Assembly (NCBI GenBank): GCA_973895155.1
Contig: OZ316891.1
Coordinates: 26,405,972 to 26,469,971 of the forward strand
From: Marsupella aquatica
Lineage: Eukaryota > Plantae > Marchantiophyta
Length of the DNA: 64,000 nucleotides
Direction of reading: 5' to 3'
Part shown: one piece after another, positions 1-13,889 of the stretch
How positions within the stretch are numbered: the stretch's first letter is position 1
How the letters are laid out: each line of letters starts with the position of its first letter
Translations under genes and position numbers: made by a program
The notes under the pieces: generated by a model
The model's database searches: none
Told to the model about the DNA's origin: nothing
Seen by the model: only the letters and a program-made list of their open reading frames with translations

Positions 1-432
1 CCGACGACTATTAAGGAGGCGCCGCTCCCTCTTCGTCCGATACTTCAATGGGCTCTCCATGGGGAGCCCAACCTACCTTGGCATACACCCAGTACCTCCA
101 GATTTGGACCCGATATACTAATCGGGTCCGAACTTTATGGAACAAACACTTTAGTGACCGCCTTGAGGTTGACATCTCTTTGATTCAGGAATGTGATTTT
201 GGGGGGTTCTAAAAATGGATTCGATCACTCTCAAGGAATGGACGTAACTACTTCATCTCGCAAATTAGCCCCGTCATTGGGGCTGATGGGGTTCTTGAGG
301 TTGAGACGGATCCAATCATTGCGGTTTAGCACAAATATTGGACTCCTTGTACGCTTACACATCTCCGCCGAATATTGAGGACTTATGGCGACAACGCGAA
401 GCTAGTGTCCCGCAGCGACCCAGGTTGCGGGA
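1..432 (+). mobile_element. LINE (non-LTR retrotransposon) ORF2 remnant, 5' part, split by copia-1
   Basis: Removing copia-1 and one TSD copy joins ...PQRPRLR to DINGPVTLEELGCGLARMADGRCPRSDGFPAEWFK, the typical pre-RT segment of LINE ORF2. This part has stops and frameshifts. Confidence 0.7.
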
Positions 433-759
433 TGTAGGATCGAAACGGACAGCATGATGTCTCATAATCGTCAGTCGTACAATACTTCGGTACACCGACA
501 CAAAGATATGTGGTTCACCCCCCGTCTGGGCTATGTCCACGGCCGCACCCAGAGTTTCACTATGAACACAAAAAGTACATATCACCATAGCTCCATGGTC
601 CAAGCTCTCTCTCTCTTTCTCACAAAGTTCTCAACTAAGTGTTCTCTCTCCATGGGACACCAAGAGGGTTATCCTTTCATGAAGAGTCTAGTCAACTAAT
701 GTTAACTTTGGTTAACTTACTCTAGTTAACCTAGCCAAGGTTGAGTCAAAACCCTAACA
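433..759 (-). repeat. 3' LTR of copia-1
   Basis: TGTAGGATCG...CCCTAACA, near-identical to 5932-6260; adjacent PPT (AAAGGGGAGT on - strand, 761-770). Confidence 0.95.
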
Positions 760-814
760 AACTCCCCTTTGACTCTAGCCTTGAGCTAGCTGCTAGCAAT
801 CTAAAGCTAAGATC

Positions 815-3800
815 TACAGTGAATTGCAATGTCTTGTAAAATCACCATGAGGAATAACCTTGGTTAACATGTCAACTGGATTGAGTTTACCCTCAATCTT
901 GACTAGCTCAACCTTTCCTGCTCACACTGCCTGTCTGATGAAGTGATACCGGATATCTATGTGTTTAACTCTGTCATGTGTCATTTGGTTGGCAGCAATG
1001 TGTAAAGCACTATTGCTATCACAATGGAGAAGCACAATGCGTTGTGTAATCCCCAAATCTTTCACCAAGTTGCTTAACCAAATCGCTTCCTTAGTTGCTT
1101 CAGCTGCTGCCACATATTCAGCTTCAATAGAAGATTGAGATATGCATTTATGCTTTGTGGACCTCCAACTCACACATCCACCCGCAAGAGTGAAAGTGTA
1201 TCCTGAGGTGGACTTCCTCTGGTCCAAATCTTCTCCATAGTTAGAGTCCACATAGCCAATCAATGATTCTGCATCTTCACTGTGTGCATCAAACAACAGT
1301 CCAACAGTAGAGGTTCCCTGCAGATAACGTAGTATCCACTTCATTGCTTCCCAATGTATCTTTCCTGGATTAGCCATGTACCTGCTCACCAATCCAACAG
1401 CATGTGCTATATCGAGCCTGATATAAACCATAAGATACATTAAATTACCCACAGCACTATCATAGGGAACCTTAGACATATGACCTCTCTCAATTGCATC
1501 TGTGGGGCAGGATACAACTTAAAGCTTAAAATGTGATGCCAAAGGAGTACTCACAGACTTGGCACTTGCCATATTGAACTTGACAAGAACCTTATTAGTG
1601 TACTTACTTTGTGTCAACCACAATTTGCCATTTTGCCTATCCCTATGAATTTCCATGCCCAATATGCACTTAGCAGCACCCAAATCTTTCATACTAAACT
1701 CAGAGCTCAATTGAGCTTTCAGCTTAGTAATGTCAGATTTATTCTTTGCTACTATGAGCATATCATCCACATAAAGAGCTAGCAAGATAAAACCAAAAGT
1801 TTTATCATTCACTCTTTTCATGTATAGACAGCAGTCATGCACACTTTGAATAAATCCAAGTAACAACATAAAGTCTTTGAACCTCTTATTCCACTATCTT
1901 GGACTCTGTTTCAATCCATACAAGGATTTTAACAGCTTGCACACCAGATGCTCCTTGCCTCTTTTGACATACCCTTCAGGCTGTCTCATGAAGATCACCT
2001 CTTTCAGCAAACCATATAGGAAAGCTATAACAACATCCATCTATTCCAAGCAGAGATAAAAAATAACCACAAGTGCCATGAGTAAGCAAAGGGTAGCTTG
2101 TATGATCACTGGAGAGAAGACATCACTATAGTCCACACCTTTGCGTTGTGTAAAACCCTTGGTAACCAGCCTTGTCTTGTAAATCTTCTCCTCGTGATCA
2201 GTACCTTCTTCTTTCACCTTATACACCCACTTGCAATCAACTGCTTGCTTTTCTTGAAGCAGCTCTTCTAGTTGCCACATCTTGTTGTCATAGAGTGACT
2301 TTATTTCCTTATTCATGGCGGCAATCCATTCTGGCTTCTCAAGGGAAGCCATGGCCTCTGAATAAGTGGATGGTTCTCCATCCTCAATGATCAACATATT
2401 CCCAGAATCGTCAGCATCTTCATCATCAATATTCATGTGATCAGATAGAAACCAAGTTCCAAATCGTTTAGGCTCCTTTTGAGGTCTTGATGAAGATCTC
2501 CTTGATGATTCTGGCACTTCAGCAGTTGGTTCTGATGCTGATGGTACTGGTGTTGGCGCTGACACTGGTTCATGAGCATATTCAGGCTCAATCTCCCCCT
2601 CAATTTTGTCAATATCTGGAGTTTCCACCATTTTTTCCCCCTCTTTCAATGAGGAAACCTCATTGAATGAGACATCGATGCTGATTACCAGCTTTTGTGC
2701 CAAAGGGTCCCATAGGCGATACCCTTTCACTCCTTTCTGATAACCAAGAAATATGCACTGCACAGACTTTGGATCAAGTTTAGTGCGTGATATTGGAGGC
2801 AAGAGAGCATATGCCTCACAACCAAACACACGTAATTTGGTATAATCAGCAGGTCTTTGGTGTCACATCTCAAAAGGAGTCTTACAACCAATGTTGCTAA
2901 TTGGAGAAAAAGTTAGCAAATAAGTTATCATATTAACAGCTTCAGCCCAGAAGATCTGTGGAAGACCTGCTTGACTTAACATACTCCGCGAACGCTCCAA
3001 CAAGGTTCTGTTGAGCCGTTTTGCAACACCATTTTGTTGTGAAGTATACACATTGGTCAAATATCGAGTAATGCCTTCATGCTCACAATATAGGTTGAAC
3101 TCGTTGGAAACATACTCACCGCCATTGTCTGAGCGAAGATACTTCACCTTCTTTCCTGTTTGTGTCTCAACCTGTGTTTTCCACTTCTTGAAGATTAAAA
3201 ACACCTCCGACTTCTCACGCATGAAATAAATCCAAATCATGTGTGAATAGTCATCAATAAATGAGACATAGTATTTCATGCCTGAAAAGGAAAGAACTAG
3301 GGATTCTCACACATCAGAATGAATATAATCGAGTATATCCTTGGAGGTATGATGAGCAATGTTAAAACTTACACGATGTTGTTTGCCAAGAATACAATGC
3401 TGACAAAATTCCAGCTTGCAAGACTTTGCACCGGGCAAGAGTTTCTGCTTACATAGCACCGCCAATCCTTGTTCATTCATGTGATCTAGTCGTGCATGCC
3501 ACAAGCGTGTCTGGTCCTCCTCTGATAAAACCACATTAACATTGTCAAGGATGGTGTCTCCATCCAAGATATATAAATTTCCCTTCTTTTGGGCTTTCAT
3601 GACATTGAGAGATCCCTTCTTCACTTGCAAAATACCATCAACTATCTCCACTAACATCCAATAGTGTCCAAAGCTCCAAGAGAAATCAAATTCCTTTTGA
3701 GATGAGGAATATGTTTGACATTTGTTAACATTCAAAGAACGCCATCAGACATCTGAATTTTTAATGTACCCGTGCCAATTATCTGGCAGGGTTAATCATT

Positions 3801-4724
3801 CCCCATCAAGACACTTCTAGTAGTGGATTCATAGGAATGAAAAAAAGCTCTTGTCGGAGTCATGTGATAAGAACAAGTAGAATCCAAAATGCAATCAAGT
3901 TCATGCACGATAGAAGAATCGGTGCACAATGCAAATCCTTCATCATCAGACACAGCCAAACTAGCCTGATAAAAAATAATCTTTGGTTTGTTTTTGTAAT
4001 TCCTTTTGATGTGGCCTGTCTTGCCACAATTCCAACACTCTACACCTTTTGAATCCAAAATCTTGGATCGAGAGCGTTGAGGAATTGATATTTTTGGTTT
4101 AAATTGACTCTTTGATACTGATAAAGCAAAAGAGGAAGCATGAGAGGTTACATGCATTTTCTTCCTACTGTCATCCGCAAGAAGAGTGCTCACTGTCTCA
4201 TCATAGGAAATTTGATCCTTACCATAGAGTATGGTCTGAGTCAAATGCTCGTACGATTTGGGCAAAGAGATTAGAAGAAATAAAACTTTCTTCTCATCTT
4301 CAACTTTTTCATCGAGAGTGGCCAACTCGGACACTATCAAGTTAAAGGTATCAATATGATTGGCAAGTTTTGTACCTTCCATCATGTGCAGTGTCATCAA
4401 TTTCAAAGTAGTGTATAAGCGAGTTGCCAAGAATTTCTTTTGGTACATCTGTTTGAGTCGTTCCCACAGCTTTGTCAGTGAATCCTCAGTCAACACTTGG
4501 AGTAGAACATCAGATGCCAAGTGCAACCGGATTAAGCTGAGAGCTCGTGCACAGATGTCCTTCCAATCCTCCTCAGACATTGCCGATGGTTGACTTTTCA
4601 ATGCTGCGCCCAAACCTTGCGAAACTAACACGTCTTGCATTTGAACTTGCCATAACGTAAAATTATTGTGGCCGGTAAATTTCTTCACCTCATATTTGGC
4701 ACTAGTGACTTTTGATGGAGCCAT
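815..4724 (-). pseudogene. copia-1 gag-pol, fragmented by stops and frameshifts
   Basis: Gag VKKFTGHNNFTLW, zinc knuckle CWNCGKTGH, PR ILDSTCSYHM, GAG-pre-integrase LWHARLDH, INT RSDNGGEY, RT LYVDDML, RH YVDSNY...KHIDIRYHF. Confidence 0.95.
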
Positions 4725-5917
4725 TGTACACCCCTAGGACCTTGAAGTGCCAAAAATCACTTTACAGCTTCTCAATTTCACGCAAATATGCACAGCAGCA
4801 CATGGCAGCACGACAGCATCAACCACAAAATGACCAAAAATGAAAGTTGTTGAAATTGAAATCCAAGATCACTCCTGGGTAACCTAGAAGGTATCGGATT
4901 TTTTCCCAAAATCTGTTTGGCAAAAACATATCTCAGTTGAGATATTTTTACCGTCGAGTAAGAGGGGGTCAAAACATCAAAATTGGACCCCTAAGGAGAA
5001 TCAATTCACTAAAATCCGCAAGAAAAGTCGGTTTGAGAAATAGTTTGCACAAGCCCCTACTCAACTCCCTCAAGTATGCCTTTGCAAAATATTGTGTTGA
5101 TACAACATCAAATGATTTGCCAAAATTTTGATTTCGTCGCAAAAACGAGCTTGCTGGAAAAGTATCTTTTCCTTAAATTCTTGCAACCCTTGTACAGACC
5201 CTGTGGGAAATTTTTCAGAGCTGCCTAGGGGCTGCCATGTGCCCTCTTGTCCCCCTCAAACCCCCTATCATCCTCCTCGACCCTTTTTTTGCGTCCGCGC
5301 GCCGTCTCGCGCGAGTAAATACTCGTGACAGACTTACCCCCCGGCGGGATATCTAAGATATCTTTTGGGGGTTTTAACGAAAAGCAAAACTTATTTCAGA
5401 TTCTGAAACTAGACTTCAAGGCGCTTCAAATCGATATAAAGAACTCTGAAAACGGTGAAGAATTGAGGGAGATAGAATTCGATTAAGATCACTAATTTTG
5501 ACCTAGCCACCATAGCCGGGAATTTTGAGCTCAACTCAATCCAAGAGTTCTTTGCAACAACTCAATGAAACACATTGATTTCTTCATCACCGTATTCCAT
5601 AGCAACACCACTCGCACCAACTTTCCTTCAATGATCATGAATGTCTTACAAGAAACCAAAATCATATCACTGAAGCCACGTTCCCCTCAGTAATCAAGTC
5701 GGGGCCTCAAAAATCGTCAAAAAACCGTCTAATATGAAGATTGAAATTGTTCAGCCATATATGAACAATCTCTCGACTAAACGTGCAATTTTCTACTCCG
5801 TAAACCTCCTTATCCGATCACCACTTTGTATGTCAATGTTCACACTTCCATCGTGCCCCCAAAAATCGTCAATCAATCACGATAAACCGTTAAGACATTA
5901 GCTGATCCCGAACCGAA

Positions 5918-5929
5918 GCTCTGATATCA
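5918..5929 (-). promoter_or_regulatory. Primer binding site, tRNA-iMet type (one mismatch)
   Basis: TGATATCAGAGC on - strand just inside the 5' LTR; canonical is TGGTATCAGAGC. Confidence 0.85.
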
Positions 5930-5931
5930 AT

Positions 5932-6260
5932 AGTAGGATCGAAACGGACAGCATGACGTCTCATAATTGTTAGTCATACAACACTCCGATACACCGACAC
6001 AAAGATACGTGGTTCACCCCGTCTGGGCTACGTCCACGACCACACCAAGAGCTTCACTATGAACACAAAAAGTACATATCACCATAGCTCCATGGTCCAA
6101 GCTCTCTCTCTCTCTCTTTCTCATAAAGTTCTCAACTAAGTGTTCTCTCTCCATGGGACACCAAGAGGGTTATCCTTTCATGAAGAATCTAGTCAATTAA
6201 TGTTAACTTCGGTTAACTTACTCTAGTTAACCTAGCCAAGGTTGAGTCAAAACCCTAACA
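5932..6260 (-). repeat. 5' LTR of copia-1
   Basis: Matches 433-759; followed by TSD CGGGA. Confidence 0.95.
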
Positions 6261-7585
6261 CGGGACATCAATGGCCCTGTTACTCTAGAGGAACTTGGGT
6301 GTGGTCTGGCCCGAATGGCAGACGGACGTTGTCCTAGATCGGATGGATTTCCTGCTGAGTGGTTTAAGATCATCCTTAAGGACCCGTGTTTTGGTTGCTC
6401 AGGGTTTGTCCCACCTACGCTGATTTTTTTACGCAAGTCATCCTCTGCATCATCAACTCTATATTTATGGATGGGGTCCCTTCCGACCATAACGTTGCTT
6501 GGGTTTGTGCCATTTCCAAGGGTGGTCAGGATCTTAAGGACCCGAAGAAAACTCAAGGGATTGCCCTCATTGAGGTCCTCCTTAAATTGGTGGCTGGGAT
6601 TGTTAGCGAGCGCTTATCACAAAAATTAGAAGAAACAGGGTTCTTTATCAAATCACAAGCTGAATTCCGGAAAGGACAGGAAATGATGGCCCAGGTCATT
6701 GCACTTTGAGACTGCTTCCTTAGACAATCTGAATAGGGACTAGCTTCAGACTTAGGTTGCGTTCCTCGATCTTCGCAAGGCTTATGACTCAGTGGTCCAT
6801 TCGGCACTATTCTTCAAACTTAGGCGTGCAGGGGTCCATGACAAGTGTCTACATTTTATCCAGTCCCTCTATCAATTGGTGATGATCGCTGTAATAGTTG
6901 GCCCTCACCTCACGGCTAACATTCAAGTTAGACGTGGGGTGAGGCAGGGGTGCCCATTATCCCCTCGTCTATTCAACATCTTCATCAATGACTTCATTGT
7001 TGAAGGGGGGGACCTAGGTATCGGAGTCCCGGGGCTAGACCTGTAAAGGCTCCTCGCCCTCTTGTTTGCAAATGACATTGCGCATATTGCAGCAGCTGAA
7101 TGTAACCTCCGTCGGGCCCTTGCCCAAGCCGACGCTTGGGCCACATTATGTTAACTTGAATTCGGACCTGCCAAGTCGGGGGTCATGGTATTCAACTACA
7201 ACGGGGAACATGAGCCCTTCACGCTACAAGGACAAACTTTGGAATGAGTTAAGTCATATGTGTATTTGGGGATCCACTTTGAGGAAGACCTGGGATCTTC
7301 AGGGATGTTGCAGACCCTTATCCGTGAGAGAGAAATTATTGGGAAATAAACTCTGATGCAATACTCTGCCACCCTCCGCAATACCACTATACCCATTTGG
7401 GTACGGCTCCATGTTTTGAAAACCCTAGTGCTACCGACCATGACATATAGTTGTGAACTGTTTGCTTTCGTCAGCCATGGACGGCTCCGCGCCCTTGAAG
7501 CCGTCATTATTAAAGGGTTGAAGTGGATTGCGGGGAAGAGTGCAACTTCCAAACAGGTGGCAGGAGCAGTGCTATTGCACGAGTT
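6261..7585 (+). pseudogene. LINE reverse transcriptase, decayed and 3'-truncated
   Basis: QAEFRKG, FLDLRKAYDSV, GVRQGCPLSPRLFNIFIND, LLFANDIA (YADD box), YVYLGIHF; frameshifts; ends abruptly against the methyltransferase remnant. Confidence 0.9.
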
Positions 7586-7586
7586 C

Positions 7587-9588
7587 TGACATAGATGTTG
7601 CTACACGTGTATTTTTGCCTCAACGTCTTGCCACTTTTAGTGAGCGTTGTCCTGGGAATAGTAAGCTCTCAAGAACACGTCGGGTGCTTGGCTGCATGTG
7701 CTAATTATACTATTTATCATTTGTAAGAGATCTCATGCTTAGAACCAATCCCCTTGAGAGCCTTGTCCCCTCCCGACCATTTCTCAAGTTCTTTGGGTTC
7801 TCCTATGCCTCTTGCGGTTTTCTCCACATAAGTTGGATGGGAAGGGGAAGGGCGTACCATTTTCCATAAGGACTCCTAAGCATTTTTGGTACCAAGAGAT
7901 ATGTGTGATCTACTCCAGATATTGGCAATAACACCAGAGTAGTCGGGGTTAGTACCACACTCCACAAATCTCTCCTCCAAGTGATAATCTTCTCTACGTG
8001 CTTCTTTAAAATCTCAGCTATGATCTCTCATCTATTACACTATTATGAACACACTCACATCCTCATTTGTGCATCTATATAGTATTATGGATCCCTTCTT
8101 TTTCAAACTTTTGTGTAAGAATCTGCATAATATATACCTTTCTCTTTACTATCAATTTAATGCTCACTGTAGAACGCAAATTCAGAATCTACGAATTCTT
8201 ATTCAAATCAATATATACATCCATACTTCCTATATGCTTTCTAATTAAGAGAGGTTCAGCAGCAGAACCGTCCCTACTTGATCACAGGTTTGTAGACATT
8301 ATATCTATGGTATTTGTGGCATAGCCGACCTTGCCAGATTCAAAGCTCCATCTTTAAGGTACTCGAGTGGTGGCAATGCCTTCCATGACCAAGAATCAAG
8401 AAACTTAGAATCCTTTTACCATAGAAATTGGTGGCATAGCCATTTCGTTAGTCCTAGAACCGATGTTCAAGTATTCCTCTAATGTAAATACATACAATAT
8501 GCACTCTATGCACTCTCTATCCTCACATTCATACGCTTGAAATGCTGGAAAATAGATTCCCCTGGGAGGGCGAGCCTCCCTCTTATTTATAGTTGGAGCC
8601 AGACCACGCTATATCCTAGAACATACTAAAATTTATTAGAACTTACTAGAACTTATTAAACTTTAATTTTTTATTACGGTAAATTCTAGAACTTACTTTT
8701 TACCATAGTAAATTTTGGAAGTTACCAAAATTTACCTTTTTACTATGATAGATTCTAGAAGTTACCAGAATTTATCTTTTTACTATGGTAAATTCTAGAA
8801 GTTACTATTTACTATGGTAAATATTGAAATTTACCAAAACTTATAATTTTACTTGGTAAAACCTAAAAATCTACTTGTTACCATGTAAATCTTACTGAAA
8901 ATCTTTACTTTTATATTTTCATACAAAACCAAGTTATTCTTCATATATTTTAATTTCCTTACGACACCATTATCCCTAGCTTTTTCCTACCATGGCATGG
9001 CGGTCTGCTATCACATTTATTCCCCCAGATATCAAACTTATCCAACCACGCCACATCCAGTTACTAGGCCCTATCCACTTGGTGGTTGTTGGATGGGAGT
9101 GCCAAGGATTTTCTACAATAGGCACAGGTGGGGGATTACAAGATCGTCGTTCAATGTTGTTCAAGGATCTACTTTGGGTACTTGGTTGGATACAACAACG
9201 CAACCCATGTGTGGGTTACATTTTGGAGAATGCACCTACACAGTTTGACTCTCGGACAGATGTGTTGAAAGATATTGTTGTTGTTCAACACTTGTTGGGT
9301 GACCCATTCCTCATTGATGCAGCTCAATGTGGGTCTTATGCCTATCGTTTACGGAATTTGTGGACTAACCTGACACCACATAATACTGTTAAGTTGGCTC
9401 TGTTGGAGACTAAGCCAAATCCTATACAACAATTACAACAAATTTTGGATCCTGATAGTCTTTCCCGACCGGTGGTACGGACTGAACGTGCACCGTTCTT
9501 TCCAGCCAATAGCATAGGCACGCCACGGGCAGTATGGCCCACGCTACTTTCCTTTCTTGGTTCCTTTGCATTTTGGGGAGAAGGACCA
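7587..9588 (+). pseudogene. C5 DNA cytosine methyltransferase (copy B) from a gypsy pol, interrupted by solo LTR 7658-8966 and cut at 9589 by another gypsy
   Basis: 7587-7656 (DIDVATRVFLPQRLATFSE) and 8967-9588 align colinearly with copy A at 34890-35975; motifs GWECQGFS, ILENA, AYRLRNLWTN. Confidence 0.88.
7658..8966 (-). mobile_element. Solo LTR of a Ty3/gypsy family related to the 42919 element
   Basis: Termini TGTCGTAAGG...CCCAGGACA on - strand; AT-rich repeated U3; CTATAAATAAG TATA box near 8590; same layout as LTR 42919-44094; methyltransferase codons resume on both sides; TSD is degenerate. Confidence 0.75.
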
Positions 9589-9810
9589 TGTCACCCCATG
9601 TTGCATTTGAGTTGCAACTTTGTTGCTTACACATGTGTTGTGAGTTTGAGAGGGTGACCTGCTATAGCAGGTCACCTTGTAGGGGTGACCTCTTCACCCA
9701 GGTTACCATGCCTTTGTGCCATGGGGGTATACCTTGGAGAATGAGGGATTAGCTCCTCATTCTTCCAAGTTGAATCTCCCGGCACTAGTAGAGTTCATGT
9801 GGCTGTGGCT

Positions 9811-9813
<3 letters not shown>

Positions 9814-9844
<31 letters not shown>
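9814..9844 (+). repeat. (GA)n microsatellite in LTR region
   Basis: Uninterrupted GA dinucleotide run. Confidence 0.9.
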
Positions 9845-9846
<2 letters not shown>

Positions 9847-11879
9847 TGTATGTCGGTTGGCATGTAGAGCGATATTGACAGGGTTCTGCTATGTGTATAG
9901 ACTTGGAGTCCCGCATGGCTAGCGGGTGAGTTGGCTCGACTTAGTGATACCTTGCAGCGAGGCCCCATTTTGCAAGAGATTATTTGGAAGAATTAGAGGA
10001 GGAGAGCGGATGCTCTCAATTTTTTTGAATTGTGCGGACCAGCGGAGGTGCTCGGTGATTTGTTCGTTTGTTCGTTGGTGGGAGATTGTTGATCGTTAGT
10101 TGACGTTGTTGGTTGGCAACGATTACCCGAGTGCGGAAGCGCTGTCAAAAATCAGTGAGAGTATTCTGATTTCAACTCTAAATTTCTTGAAATCTGGTTG
10201 CACTTTCATCACAAATCGTTGATGCAAAGAAGCTATGCATGACCCACTTATTAGTCATTTGATTAGCGTTGTCATGGAGATGTGCGGAAGCTTTGTTTGG
10301 CTCTGGTTAGAGGAGGCTTGTTGCAGATTTTTGTGATGAACAAAGGTCGTGCGGAAGCCATGCCCAAATTTTGGTAGAAACTCTGTTGGATGGATAACCA
10401 CTAGAAATTTTATTGCGATTTCGGATGGAGCATGCCGTTGTGGTTGCATTGGCAAAGTTTGAGTGAAAAATAGCTTAAAAGATGGACGTTATGCGTTGTT
10501 GATGTTTGCTGGAATTCTGGTTCATTGTTGACGGTTTTCTGGCGGAATTTGGTGACGGAATTCGTGACAAGATTTCAACTCAAATTGTGGTGCAATTGAT
10601 TATTTTATGGAGTTACATTATTCATACATTTTGTGTCTAGTTTGGAGGTAAATAGGGAACTACAATAGTTTGGAGACTAGGGTAGGTTTGGACCCTACCT
10701 TAGCCTAGGAGACAAGGGCATCCCAAGGCCAAAAGCCTGGGTAGTTGGTGGCATACTTATTTTGGGAAGAAAACCACTTTGGGGGATCCAAGAGAAATTG
10801 GCTTTTTGTGTGAAGGGCTCAAGACCTGACCACCCACCTCCCGTGGTTGTTAAAACCAAAAACAACCACAACACCTTGTGTTATCTTTAGCCCATTTTTT
10901 AATCTTTTGCCACATTTGTTACCCTTAGTGTCTTTTGTACCTTCTTAGTCCCTTGTGACCCTCGCTTTTTTTTATGCCTCGTTTTACCCTCTTTGTATTT
11001 CTTTAATTTTGTTTTGTATGTACCATTTTTTACTTTGAAGCAAAAGAAAGAGGGATTGGGTAGAGAATCTTTTCAATATTAAAAGGAGAGCCAAAGATGG
11101 ACATAGTATTCGTGCTTGGCAAGTGCCCTGCCCAAGGAAGGTACAAGGGACCAGACCAAGTACAAGGTTCAAAGGAAGGTGAAGAGTCACCTATGACAAG
11201 GGCTGTCCACTAGGTCAAAAGTACGAGAATGTGAGGGGGGAAATCATTTGTGTACCTCTTGTTTTATTTTTTTGTCTGTTTATTTTTTCTCTTTCTTTGT
11301 GTCTCTCTTTTGGTTTAAAACCAACAAAAAAAATACAATAGGGGATCCCACGTATGGAGGAGTCCATAAAGAGGAGCCCATGTGAGCGTCAGCCTTTTAG
11401 TTCCCATCATTATTTTAATCCTGTGTTTAAATTTGAAAAAGGGGTCTATGTATAATTTGGCCATATTTTTCCATCTTTTGGCCGTATTTTTATCATTTTG
11501 AATGTATTTCCAACCATTTCCTTTGTGTATCTCTTTTGGTGATTTGTCCGACAGAAAATCCGAGAGCTGATTTTTGGGGACTTCTTGGATCCATTTTGAC
11601 CCCCCTTTGGTTGAGAGACCATAGCTCGACCATTCGACGCCCATTTTTCTCAAACACCGATTACAGGGCTGGATGCGGCGGCTTGTTGGCTATCAGAATC
11701 ACTTGAATGTCTGGACACAATTCTGACACATTTTATTTTTTGGCCATTTTGAGGTGGTCTTGTTGCAGTCGTTGGCAGTAGTTGCTGCCAAGTGATTGTT
11801 GTGCCGCGAGAGTGCCACAGTTTGTTGCATAGCCAAATTGAAAATAAGAGTGACTTGCAATGGTGCCCAATTTTGACCC

Positions 11880-13353
11880 GTGGAAGCAGACAAGGACACT
11901 GTGTCAACTGGGAGCGGCACTGGTATAGACCCTGTAGTGGAGGAGGCAACTCGGCTACTGTCCTTGTTGTCACTGCATTCCCATATTAGTCCTTACAATT
12001 GGGATATGGAGCATTCCATGGATAGCCGAATTCAAAGGTTTCCAAGAGATGTTGGCACCATAGAGTTGCCATATTTCATTATGGAGTTTGAGCGGTGGTG
12101 TGATCAACAAAAGTTGCACAGCACGTCATTCTTCCCTTTCATGGTATTGCAGACATTATTCCAGCACTTGGAGGGGCCACCCAAGCATGACTATGAGGAG
12201 TTCTAGACGCTGCATGTTGAGCACATTGAGTCTTGGAGACGCAAGTGGTCTCCAAACTATGTCTCACTCACAGGTGAAGATATGTCCTCCAAGAAGGAAG
12301 AGGGTGCTAGCAGCTCTAGCACATCATTGCCAATACCCAGGTTCAACCTGCTGGTGGAGTTCTTCAAGATGTTGAAGAAGAATTATCAGGGTATTTGCGT
12401 GAACAAATTGTTGAGCCTCCAGACATTCAATAGGATGGAGGGTGAGAGTTTGCGCAAAGCATACACGCGCATGAGGCGGTTCATCAATACCACAGAGTCA
12501 AAGTATTGATGCCCAGGCTATCTAAATTTGGTATCAGGCCATGGATAAGGATTTGAGAAATCGGGTTCTATTTTTGGCATTGGCCACTGATGAGAAACTG
12601 ACACTGGAGAAAGTTTTCCTACTTTCTGATACCATTGACATAAACCAGTCAAAGGAGAAGGTTGTCACCCTTAGATTTGGCAAGGAGTCCCTTGGAGGCA
12701 GTGTTGCTAGTACATCTAGTGGGCAGCAACCACATCAATTGGGGAATGTGCCAGGGAGGGCACAGCCCAATGCTCCCGGTGGTGCTGTTGCTGGTGGCAG
12801 GAGAGCAGCACCACCCCAACGTCCCTTTCAGCCTTCTTATGCCACTCAAGTGGAGTACTGGAGTTGTAAGGGACCTCATAACCAACATGATTGCCCTGAT
12901 AGGAAGGGTCCACCACGTGCAGAGCAGGGCGGAGCTGCCTCTAGACAACCTAATCTTAGGTGTTGTGACCATTGTCACCGAGATGGGCATACTTTTGACA
13001 AGTGTTTTGAGCTGCATCCAGAGATGCAATTTGGTGCTGCCCATAGGGAAGTTGCTCCTAGAGGTCGTAGAGGCCCCCGCCCTGGTCATGGAGGTAACAG
13101 GGTAGTCCCCGTAGCCAGTGCACAAACCACCAATCCAGTTGTAGCCATCAGGATCCAAGAGTTGGAGAAACAATTGGCAACAGCCAATTTGGCGTTGCGG
13201 GCCCCTAGCAAAGTTGAGGCCTCTAGTTCCCGCACCATGGATAGTTCCCAGATTGCTCTTGGATTCAGTGACTTGGATTACATGTGCAGTGTTGCACAGT
13301 TAGACAGTGGTGCAACTATCACCAGAGTAGTGGCTAGGGTTGTTGAGCCATGA
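11880..13353 (+). pseudogene. gag: gag with two CCHC-type zinc knuckles
   Basis: LLSLQTFNRMEGESLRKAYTRM capsid-like segment; YWSCKGPHNQHDC and CDHCHRDGHTFDKC; in-frame stops. Confidence 0.8.
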
Positions 13354-13889
13354 GGTATTTCCGTGAAGTTGGATCCACAACGAGGGGAGGCTAGCCGGCA
13401 ACAGAGATTACCATAGAGTTTTACATTGATGGATGTTGCACAGACTTCTACTATGGCACCAGTTGCTGCCAGTAGTGGACCTTCTGGCCACTCTCGTGAT
13501 CACGTGGGGCCACCCAACATTGATTCTGACATGGTAACTAGCCCAGTGTTGGGGGCGGCTAGAGCCTTGTGTTAGGGTCCATTGTTTTCTTGTGCTCAAT
13601 TATCTTCCCTTGGAGTTCCTGTTGCAGATGTGTTGCACCAGGCAACTGCATTGTATGATACTAGAGCAGTTTTGGCATCTAGTTATGACACAACTGGTCC
13701 ATAGGTTGGCCCAGATGGCGCCAAGTCTTGTCATTCTTTGTTGAGAGTTGCTGAGACTTCTTGGTAGGCTTTTGCTGCTCGATTGAGTGAGCTCACTGCC
13801 AGACCAGCCTTTGATCAGAGTGTTGTGACTCCCGGTGTGGTTGTGGTGGACAACCATGTTGATGTCTTTATATTGGTTGGCCCTAGTGG

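Larger units (their letters stand above)
433..6260 (-). mobile_element. Ty1/copia LTR retrotransposon (copia-1), full length, decayed
   Basis: Direct LTRs 433-759 and 5932-6260; 5-bp TSD CGGGA at 428-432 and 6261-6265; PBS and PPT present; gag-PR-INT-RT-RH order on the - strand. Confidence 0.97.

Noticed and set aside
9589-9657. C-terminal tail of the 221-aa methyltransferase ORF
   Set aside because: It is read-through into the inserted LTR; homology to copy A stops at 9588
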